The notes under the pieces are model-generated. The model searched no databases, was not told the origin of the DNA, and saw nothing but the letters and a program-made list of their open reading frames with translations. A DNA stretch of 64,000 nucleotides, taken from contig CAZWNW010000015.1 of NCBI GenBank assembly GCA_964636255.1, positions 760 through 64,759 on the forward strand, in the 5' to 3' direction. The position numbers and the translations under genes are program-made. This DNA comes from an uncultured Bacteriovoracaceae bacterium. GTDB lineage: Bacteria > Bdellovibrionota > UBA2428. Positions 57,141 to 64,000 of the stretch are shown one piece after another. Every line of letters begins with the position of its first letter. The stretch's first letter is position 1.

Positions 57141-57953
57141 ATGAATATAAATATTTACAGCTATAACGACTATAAGAAATATTTGAATGATTTGACCAAG
57201 ATTCGTTCACGTGGCTTTCGGAAAGAGCTGGCCGCCCGGGCACGCTGTCAGACCGGTTACATCACCCAGGTTCTCTCGGGAAAGGGGCAATTCAATTTGG
57301 ATCAGGCGGAAGCCATTGCGGAATATTTAGGTTTCGATGACGAAGCTACGGATTACTTTTTACTTTTGGTAAATCATGCCCGATCCGGAACTCAATCCTT
57401 ACGACGAAGATTCCAAAAAAAGATCCAAGCTGCTCGCGATGCGGATTTGAATCTGAAGAAAAAAATACCGAGTCGTTCCTTGATCAGCGATTCCGACGGC
57501 AATGCTGATCTGCAACTTTATTATTCAAGTTGGCATTATGCTGCCGTTCACGTTTTGGTTTCGAGTGAAAAGTTTCAGACCCGGGACCAAATACAAAAAG
57601 CCCTACAGATGGAAGCCTCTCACTTGAATCGAGTCATCGACACCCTCAGCCGTTTGAGACTGGTAGAAGAGAGGGCGGGGCGCCTGAAAATGAGTGAAAC
57701 CGCGCTGCACCTGAGCCAAGATTCCCCATTGATCGCCCAACATCACAGCAATTGGCGCCTGCGCGCAATGCAATCCATCACGACCCGCACCCCGGGCAAT
57801 CTGCATTTTTCCGCAGTTTTCACCCTGTCTCGCGAAGACGCCGAAGAAATCCGCGAAAATCTCTTCACCCAAATCACCCGCAGCGTAAAAAAAGCTCAAC
57901 AGTCACCGGCGATCGATCCCTTCGTGCTGAATCTAGATTTTTTTGGGTTGTGA
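57141..57953 (+). CDS. TIGR02147-family-like putative HTH regulator
   Basis: N-terminal YNDYKKYLNDLTKIRSRGFRKELAARARCQTGYITQVLSGKGQFNLDQAEAIAEYLGF resembles the paralogous family annotated TIGR02147 in Bdellovibrio/Fibrobacter. Assignment from memory, moderate. Confidence 0.45.
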   Translation: MNINIYSYNDYKKYLNDLTKIRSRGFRKELAARARCQTGYITQVLSGKGQFNLDQAEAIAEYLGFDDEATDYFLLLVNHARSGTQSLRRRFQKKIQAARDADLNLKKKIPSRSLISDSDGNADLQLYYSSWHYAAVHVLVSSEKFQTRDQIQKALQMEASHLNRVIDTLSRLRLVEERAGRLKMSETALHLSQDSPLIAQHHSNWRLRAMQSITTRTPGNLHFSAVFTLSREDAEEIRENLFTQITRSVKKAQQSPAIDPFVLNLDFFGL

Positions 57954-57968
57954 GCCTGTAAAACCTTT

Positions 57969-59738
57969 TCAAAACGGCCAAAAGAACAAAAGACAAGGAA
58001 GCGCCAACACTAAGACCAGTAGAGTCAGCGGGAATCCCAGATAGGAGTATTCCTTAAATTTGTAGCCACCAGGACCCATCACAAGAGCGTTGGACTGATG
58101 GGCAATCGGAGTAATAAAGGCCGCAGAGGCGGCGACCGCCACTGCCATTAACAACGCATCCGGTGAAACCTTTAATTGCTTGGCCACTTCAATAGCGACA
58201 GGAGCCATGACAATCGCGGCGGCCGCATTGTTAATAACATTTGTGAGAAGAATCGTGAATGTCATGAGTATCGTTAAAATAAAAATGGGACTTAAGCCAG
58301 AAACTAGACTCAAGATCGAATCCGAAACCAACTCCAGCGAGCCTGCAGCTTCCAATCCTTCGCCTATGGGGATCAGGCAAGCCAAAAGAACGATCACAGG
58401 CCACTCGATCTTGTTGTAAAGTTCAGTCGGTCGAATATAACCCATCAACACGTATAAAAGCGCACAGGCGATAAATGCCCAAGTAATGTCAATATAGCCA
58501 AAATAACTGCCCGCAATAGCCGCGATAAAGAGAATCACCGGACGAAATAGTTCTCTCTTGTATTGGAACAAGGAAGCTCTTTCCGACAGAAAAACCCAGC
58601 CCAGATCTTTAGCTGCTCTTGCGATATTAGACTTTTCTCCCTGAAGTAAAAGGATGTCGCCTACGTTGTAACGAACATCAGAGAGATGGCGAGTGATCCT
58701 GTCTCCGACGCGAGCAATCCCAAGGACGTTGACTGAGTACTTCCAGCGTAAATCTAGATCCCTGGATGAACGCCCAACGCCAAAGGAATCGGCGGGCACC
58801 ACGAGTTCTACAATCGTCGTGATCTTATCATCTAAAACCTTTAAGGCTCGATCCTTGCCTAACAAAATAAATTTTTCTTTTGAAATAAGCATCTCCAAAA
58901 CCTCAGAAACTGCCTCGATGATTAGGTAGTCACCGGCCTCCAGCTTTTCAAATTGGCTAGGAACGCCAAAGAGATGAATTCCGCGCTTGATGCCGAGAAG
59001 ATTGCAATCTGGGTACTTTTCCAGAAATTCCCTAATGGTCATTCCTACTAGTGGGCTGCGGTCGCTCACTTGAAGCTCGGTAAGGAAATCGCGCGTTTTT
59101 TTAATTAAATTTTCCTCAGAAGTGCTGGACACCCGGATGAAAAATCTCGAGCAAAGGGAAATAAAAAGCACCCCTCCAAGGCAGAGCGTCAGTCCGACAG
59201 GCGTGAAATCAAACATACTGAAACGATCTCCGCCCAGCGCATGGGCGCGGTATGCGGCTATGATGATGTTAGGTGGCGTTCCAATAAGAGTTACAAGACC
59301 GCCAAGCAAAGAGGCGAAGGCCAAGGGCATCAAATAGAGTCGTACGGAGCGTTCAGAGTTGTAGGCGAGTTTAACTACGAACGGAATCATCAGGGCCACA
59401 GCGGCAACGTTGTTGATAAATCCGGATAACAAAGCGGTTACGCTGCAGAGTAAAAGAAGTTGAAACCACAAAGGCTTTCCCTCTACGGGAAGGGAACCCA
59501 TTACAGCTTGTAGGGCTCCGGACGATTTAAGTCCTGCGCTAATAATGAGTACGGCTGCCACTAAAACCACAGCCGGATGTCCAAAGCCTAGAAATGCAGA
59601 AGCAACGGGTACAAAACCGAGCAGCACAGCACACAAAAGGCCGAAAACGGCCACTAAATCATAACGCCAACGATTCCAAACAAAGAGAATCAACAGAACG
59701 AGCAATAAGATTAGTGGGATATAAGGAGAATCTAGCAT
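57969..59738 (-). CDS. SLC13/DASS-family permease with two central TrkA-C domains
   Basis: Two hydrophobic repeat halves with the SGFINNVAAVALMIP motif flank a soluble region with two TrkA-C-like segments (VVPADS..., ...LIIEAVSEVL). Confidence 0.7.
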   Translation of the reverse strand: MLDSPYIPLILLLVLLILFVWNRWRYDLVAVFGLLCAVLLGFVPVASAFLGFGHPAVVLVAAVLIISAGLKSSGALQAVMGSLPVEGKPLWFQLLLLCSVTALLSGFINNVAAVALMIPFVVKLAYNSERSVRLYLMPLAFASLLGGLVTLIGTPPNIIIAAYRAHALGGDRFSMFDFTPVGLTLCLGGVLFISLCSRFFIRVSSTSEENLIKKTRDFLTELQVSDRSPLVGMTIREFLEKYPDCNLLGIKRGIHLFGVPSQFEKLEAGDYLIIEAVSEVLEMLISKEKFILLGKDRALKVLDDKITTIVELVVPADSFGVGRSSRDLDLRWKYSVNVLGIARVGDRITRHLSDVRYNVGDILLLQGEKSNIARAAKDLGWVFLSERASLFQYKRELFRPVILFIAAIAGSYFGYIDITWAFIACALLYVLMGYIRPTELYNKIEWPVIVLLACLIPIGEGLEAAGSLELVSDSILSLVSGLSPIFILTILMTFTILLTNVINNAAAAIVMAPVAIEVAKQLKVSPDALLMAVAVAASAAFITPIAHQSNALVMGPGGYKFKEYSYLGFPLTLLVLVLALPCLLFFWPF

Positions 59739-59772
59739 TGTCGTTACATAGATTAAGAAATAGCTTAGTCAA

Positions 59773-60648
59773 ATGGAATATGAATATTTAACTTCTGGGA
59801 TTCAGCAAGTGTCCAACGTGTTTAATAAGGCCTTTTTCAAAATCGGCGACTTTCAGATCAGTTTGTTTACGATTCTCCATATCGCATTTTTATTTTTTCT
59901 GCTCTATTTCGTCTCAAGCCGCATTCGCCAAATTTTGCATAGGCGCCTGACTCAATTCCAGAGCACGAAAACTGAGACCGTTTTATCTCTCCTTCATTAT
60001 TCAATACTCACGATTGGCTCTTTGGTGATCTTGCAATCGGCCGGAATGGATCTGAGTGCGCTGGCTGTGCTGGCCGGAGCGATAGGCATAGGGCTTGGCT
60101 TTGGATTACAGAATGTCACTAACAACTTCATCAGCGGTTTAATAATCCTCTTCGAACGACCCATTAAGGTCGGTGACCGCGTGGAAGTCGGGCAGGTCAT
60201 GGGACAAGTGATACGAATTGGACTGCGGTCTACTACGGTGCTGACCAATGATAATATCTCCATCATCATTCCCAACGCCGATTTTGTTTCGGGAAACGTC
60301 ATCAATTGGAGTCACACGGATGATGTTGTACGAATACGCATACCCATTGGAGTTTCCTATAACTCAGATCCTAAAAAAGTAGTCAAAATTCTTGAATCCA
60401 CTATTAAAACTCTTCCTGGTGTTTTGGAGAATAGGGGCTCCGATGTGATTCTTGATAGTTTTGGCGATAACGCTATTAATTTCGTTATTCGGGTTTGGAC
60501 TCAAGATTTCTCCAAGAAACCTGGACTCATGAAACACCAAGTTAACATGGCCGTTTGGGAGGCTCTGAAGCTGGAAGGAATTGAGATTCCATTTCCACAA
60601 TTGGATCTGCATATTCGCTCGCGGATTGAAGGCAGCTCTACCACTTAA
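59773..60648 (+). CDS. small-conductance mechanosensitive channel (MscS family)
   Basis: LAVLAGAIGIGLGFGLQNVTNNFISGLIILFERPIKVGDRVEV is the MscS TM3/beta-domain signature. Confidence 0.8.
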   Translation: MEYEYLTSGIQQVSNVFNKAFFKIGDFQISLFTILHIAFLFFLLYFVSSRIRQILHRRLTQFQSTKTETVLSLLHYSILTIGSLVILQSAGMDLSALAVLAGAIGIGLGFGLQNVTNNFISGLIILFERPIKVGDRVEVGQVMGQVIRIGLRSTTVLTNDNISIIIPNADFVSGNVINWSHTDDVVRIRIPIGVSYNSDPKKVVKILESTIKTLPGVLENRGSDVILDSFGDNAINFVIRVWTQDFSKKPGLMKHQVNMAVWEALKLEGIEIPFPQLDLHIRSRIEGSSTT

Positions 60649-60722
60649 AATCCGCAGAAATTATTGTTCATCTGCTATTATTGTGCTTCGATTACGGTAG
60701 TTCTACTTTGTAGGAGGTAACT

Positions 60723-60941
60723 GTGGCTAATCAAAAAGACGAGCTATTACTAAGAATAAAGGCAAAAAAGAAAGCTCTAGAGGCCGCTTTAGCTCAATTA
60801 AAAGCGGACTCGCAGGGCGCCATCAATGAAAAGCAAGAAAAGATAGAAGACGATTTAAAGAAATTGTCTTACATAATCCGAGAAGCCTCGGAAAATTTCA
60901 GCGAAAAAATCGCAAAGAAAATAAATGAATGGTTAAAGTGA
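60723..60941 (+). CDS. small coiled-coil protein
   Basis: Strong SD AGGAGGT 5 nt before the GTG. 72-aa helical K/E-rich. Confidence 0.4.
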   Translation: MANQKDELLLRIKAKKKALEAALAQLKADSQGAINEKQEKIEDDLKKLSYIIREASENFSEKIAKKINEWLK

Positions 60942-60944
60942 ATC

Positions 60945-61445
60945 TTGAAAAAGTTTTTTATTTATTCCTATATTTTTTTCATTTTGGGTGCTTCGATTTT
61001 CTTCCATTATTATCTACCTAAAACAATAAAAGTTTACGTCGTCGGCACAGAGATAAAAAGAGAAATCCGCAGCAGTGGAAGCGAGGATGATCTTGTTAAA
61101 GACATGCGCTATGTAATCGCGAGAAGTTTAGAAGACGGTAAAACGTTAATGTTTAGGAATGAAGATATTCTGTGGCCACCCTACTTTAAATTTAATTCTG
61201 GCGACTTGGCAGGCAAAGTAATGAATTACCAAAAATTTGAGAATGAAAAGGTGTTTTTGGCAACCTTTTACGGGTGGCGCATACCCATTTTAAGTATGTA
61301 CCCTAACTTAACGAAGCTAATTGATGTTGATGAAGAATTCGAATCTATACCTTGGTTGAATATTATTGTTTTATCGGTTTTTTACGTTGCAGTCGTTACT
61401 ATTTTTATATTGTTGTTCAAGTCGCCGCTTAAAAAAAATTCTTAG
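60945..61445 (+). CDS. membrane protein with N- and C-terminal TM helices
   Basis: TTG start. AT-rich and low-complexity. 166 aa. Confidence 0.35.
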   Translation: MKKFFIYSYIFFILGASIFFHYYLPKTIKVYVVGTEIKREIRSSGSEDDLVKDMRYVIARSLEDGKTLMFRNEDILWPPYFKFNSGDLAGKVMNYQKFENEKVFLATFYGWRIPILSMYPNLTKLIDVDEEFESIPWLNIIVLSVFYVAVVTIFILLFKSPLKKNS

Positions 61446-61764
61446 GACTTGGATTTGTTTAAGCTCTCGTTCCGTTAATTATTTTCAGACCCGCGGGTCC
61501 CCCCAAAAACCGTAAAATTTGATGGATGAGTCACTCCGCAGCAAAATAGCCTGAATGTAGCCAAAGCGGTCTTGGCCTTTGGGTTGGAGAGGTTGAAACC
61601 CGAGAATCGCTGCAGCTGACGAGCCTCGCGGTCAACGGCTGAAAATTAAGCCGCCGCATGAAAATTGCTACGAGTTCGGGGCGTGAGACGAAGACCAGAG
61701 GAGCCCAATTCTTGGTCGGCCTATAAAGTTTTTGCCCGTTGGGATTTAGTGAACTTCAAAAGCA

Positions 61765-62787
61765 CTAAGGACAGATTTTCGTAGCGCAGTTTCGAATCTC
61801 ATGACTGTCGCCATCATATGGAACGCTAGAAGTTTGCCGATTAGATGGCACTTCGGGCTGCGACAAACCCGCTCCAGAGGGATTCATTTTAAGGAAGGAT
61901 TCTTTGCTATCCAAAGTTGGTATGGGTGCCTGACTTGCTGGTTTGGGCGATGGATAAAAAGTCACACTCAACTCACCTGGTTGGGTCGCAGATCCCGTAG
62001 CTTGATTCGGCTCTTGTTTCGGGATTGGATCAAATAACGGTTGCTCTTGTTCCTGGGCCAACTCACTAAGCGGTCGGTCTATGTCTAAGTTTAGCACATT
62101 ACAGTCCTCAGCCATGTAGACTAAACTAGCAATTTCTTTCTCAGGGTTCATCTCATGGTCTTTCGCAGTGAAATCAGTTCGATCACATTGAGCAGATGTC
62201 TGACTAGTTCGAGAGCAACGAATGAGCCGATCGCTTGTTAATCTAGGATAACTGCCCTCATAACTTTGATTGAAAGACGGGCCACTTAAAATGCTCCGAA
62301 AATAGGAGTTCCCTTTTTTTAAATCGTAGACACAAAGGACTCTAGTTTCGAAGGGACTTAAATGTATCTCGCCTTTACGATCAAATCCGAAGCGGAAAAT
62401 ATTTCTTGCTCTCGAATTCAGTATACACATGTTGATAGACGTAATCGTACCTTCACTGCGAGCAGCAGGCAGAGGCCGAGGATAGTAAAATCTAAAAAAC
62501 GACTTCGGATCACACGGGTCTTTGCTGTGGGATTCTGCCCAAAGTTCAGCTAACCAACGATTTTTATCATTACGGTGACGGGTAAAAGGCAGTTTTGTTC
62601 TGCCGTTGATTAGCTCTCCCACCTGATATGGGCACTCTAAAATGCCATTTTCTGGTAGACAGTCTTCTGGATTTTTCAGAGTACAGGGCCTGTACCCATT
62701 CTCTGCTAAACTCTGAGCCAGGACACCGCTTCCCATTCCGTTAAGAAAAGAGATCATCATTAGGACATTATTATTAAAGGATCTCAC
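61765..62787 (-). CDS. secreted hypothetical protein, Cys-containing
   Basis: Signal-like MMISFLNGMGSGVLAQS. 340 aa. No family recognised. Confidence 0.4.
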   Translation of the reverse strand: MRSFNNNVLMMISFLNGMGSGVLAQSLAENGYRPCTLKNPEDCLPENGILECPYQVGELINGRTKLPFTRHRNDKNRWLAELWAESHSKDPCDPKSFFRFYYPRPLPAARSEGTITSINMCILNSRARNIFRFGFDRKGEIHLSPFETRVLCVYDLKKGNSYFRSILSGPSFNQSYEGSYPRLTSDRLIRCSRTSQTSAQCDRTDFTAKDHEMNPEKEIASLVYMAEDCNVLNLDIDRPLSELAQEQEQPLFDPIPKQEPNQATGSATQPGELSVTFYPSPKPASQAPIPTLDSKESFLKMNPSGAGLSQPEVPSNRQTSSVPYDGDSHEIRNCATKICP

Positions 62788-63010
62788 CGGGCCTCCAAGA
62801 TCCAGGGGTAGGGCAAGTTCAAACGTACAGCGATAGACCTATATATTTCCATGATAACACCCGCTCCTAAGAACCTTCGATTAAATATTGTTTAAGGCGA
62901 ATGGCTAACAAATCCGATTTTCGTCGATCTACGCGTGCTCGTTCTCATCCGGGCCACTAGAGGACTCGGATAGTCTTGCCACTTAGAATTAACAACTTTC
63001 TGCGATTTCT

Positions 63011-63595
63011 CTAGGCCGTTTGGTTCACGGTGCTAGCATTTAGCCAACGCTTTAACGCCTTCAGCGCATGGTCCTTGGGCGAAACAAAACGCATGCGCCT
63101 GGGATGCGGACCATCCATGAAGACATCAGCCTCGAGCATGATGGTTTCACTGAACCTCTGGTTGCCAATCACGATGCGCAATTTTTTGTTCCACCACTCT
63201 TTCGGAAGAGGTTGATCAAGTTTCAGCCCCAACATGGAGATCTCGGAACACAAGACCCTGAGCACTTTCTCGTCATCTGTTAAAATCACTCGCAGCTTTT
63301 CTGAAATGCTCAGCTTAATGGGGCGCGGATCGGAGCCCGCTCTTGGTGGAGGGGGTAGCGATGCAGGGCGGCCGGGTCTCTTATTAGGCAATTCTTGAGC
63401 AGGAAGGCGATCGTGCGGCAGAAGCAATGAAATCGGCAAAATTTCTGCGCCCGTCTTCGGATCTATTTTGGCCAAAGTCCACTTATTGTCGATGTCGAGC
63501 TGGAACTCGTCCAGAATAGCTCGAACCGAGTCCAACCCCAAAACTTGGATGCTTTGCTTTGTCGTCTTAGAAGTAAACCTGTACACATCGGCCAT
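63011..63595 (-). CDS. hypothetical protein
   Basis: 194-aa ORF with a Pro-rich central linker. No family recognised. Confidence 0.3.
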   Translation of the reverse strand: MADVYRFTSKTTKQSIQVLGLDSVRAILDEFQLDIDNKWTLAKIDPKTGAEILPISLLLPHDRLPAQELPNKRPGRPASLPPPPRAGSDPRPIKLSISEKLRVILTDDEKVLRVLCSEISMLGLKLDQPLPKEWWNKKLRIVIGNQRFSETIMLEADVFMDGPHPRRMRFVSPKDHALKALKRWLNASTVNQTA

Positions 63596-64000
63596 AGACC
63601 TAGAGTGTAGACGGCCGAAAGAACTTTCTTTTGTGAAGTTTTGAACAAGAGCGTGCGAGGATCTGACGAAGAATTAAGTTCTTGATTTTCAGTAGCTCAG
63701 GAGGTGCTCCGGTCTTGGCCCCTAAAAATGGTGGAGAACTAGAGAAGTTCCCAAGAATCTTCTTCTCCACCTCTGCTTAGCACCGGTGGATAAAATCAGG
63801 GAGATTCTGGGGTCTTAGCAAGCCCGGTTGGGACAAAAAAGGAGATTTATCATGATTCAGATGCCGTTTTCTCAATCTCTAAGCAAAGAATTTTTTTGGA
63901 GAAGAACGCAAAAGTGGGGAGAAGAATCTTCTCGGTGACCGATACCCTCAAAGTTGATAAAAGTCGGTTTAATGGGAGCAAAATAATGTTTTATAAAGCC

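Noticed and set aside
61450-61765. tmRNA-like tag ending (minus strand reads ...GCG GCG GCU UAA, i.e. AAA-stop) in the convergent gap
   Set aside because: No tRNA-like acceptor/T-arm (no GGUUCGA..CC(A) context, no 5'-GGGG/3'-CCACCA pairing) and the upstream tag reading is Arg-rich. Treated as chance.
1-64000. CRISPR arrays, tRNA/rRNA genes, integrases, transposases, reverse transcriptases
   Set aside because: No direct-repeat/spacer periodicity, no GTTCGAATCC-type T-loop contexts in plausible tRNA frames, and no recombinase or RT motifs (YxxR tyrosine recombinase, DDE, YxDD) were noticed in any ORF. By-eye scan only, so short RNAs could be missed.

Overview
Window from a roughly 50% GC Gram-negative chromosome. 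A TIGR02147-like paralog, many lipoproteins and pseudopilin genes hint at a Bdellovibrio-like lineage, but this is unproven.

Left third (1-21.3 kb):
- secreted and lipoprotein genes of unknown function;
- an XRE-HTH plus HNH/DUF222-like endonuclease pair with palindromic sites;
- a signalling island with three REC proteins, an HD-GYP protein, a pseudo-receiver-TPR protein and a FIST-histidine-kinase pair;
- a minor-pilin (pseudopilin) plus vWA operon next to an Hsp70-like ATPase;
- a secreted cysteine-rich tandem-repeat protein.

Centre (about 21.4-49.9 kb), the main feature: a large aryl-polyene/flexirubin-type type-II-PKS-like biosynthetic gene cluster.
- Biosynthetic genes: O-methyltransferase, PPTase, MIO-type aromatic amino acid ammonia-lyase, AMP-dependent ligase with an extra C-terminal domain, three KS, two CLF-like proteins, two ACPs, FabZ-like dehydratase, SDR ketoreductase, CrtI-like FAD oxidoreductase, LPLAT acyltransferase, a GT2-LpxL-like fusion, LolA-like and MMPL export proteins, an Ntn-hydrolase-like protein and a NodB deacetylase.
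- It is interrupted by envelope lipoprotein and OMP genes.
- It ends in a Coq4-like gene carrying an in-frame TAG.

Right part: ElbB, an HEXXH protein, an RCC1-repeat lipoprotein, an SGNH hydrolase, a NodB deacetylase, acylphosphatase, a GKKS-repeat secreted protein, a TIGR02147-like regulator, an SLC13/TrkA-C permease, MscS and an AT-richer segment.

No rRNA, tRNA, CRISPR array, integrase or transposase was recognised.

Caveat: all calls are by eye from the ORF track and sequence. The ORF tool reports GTG/TTG starts as M, and my own sub-ORF coordinates are approximate (a few nt).
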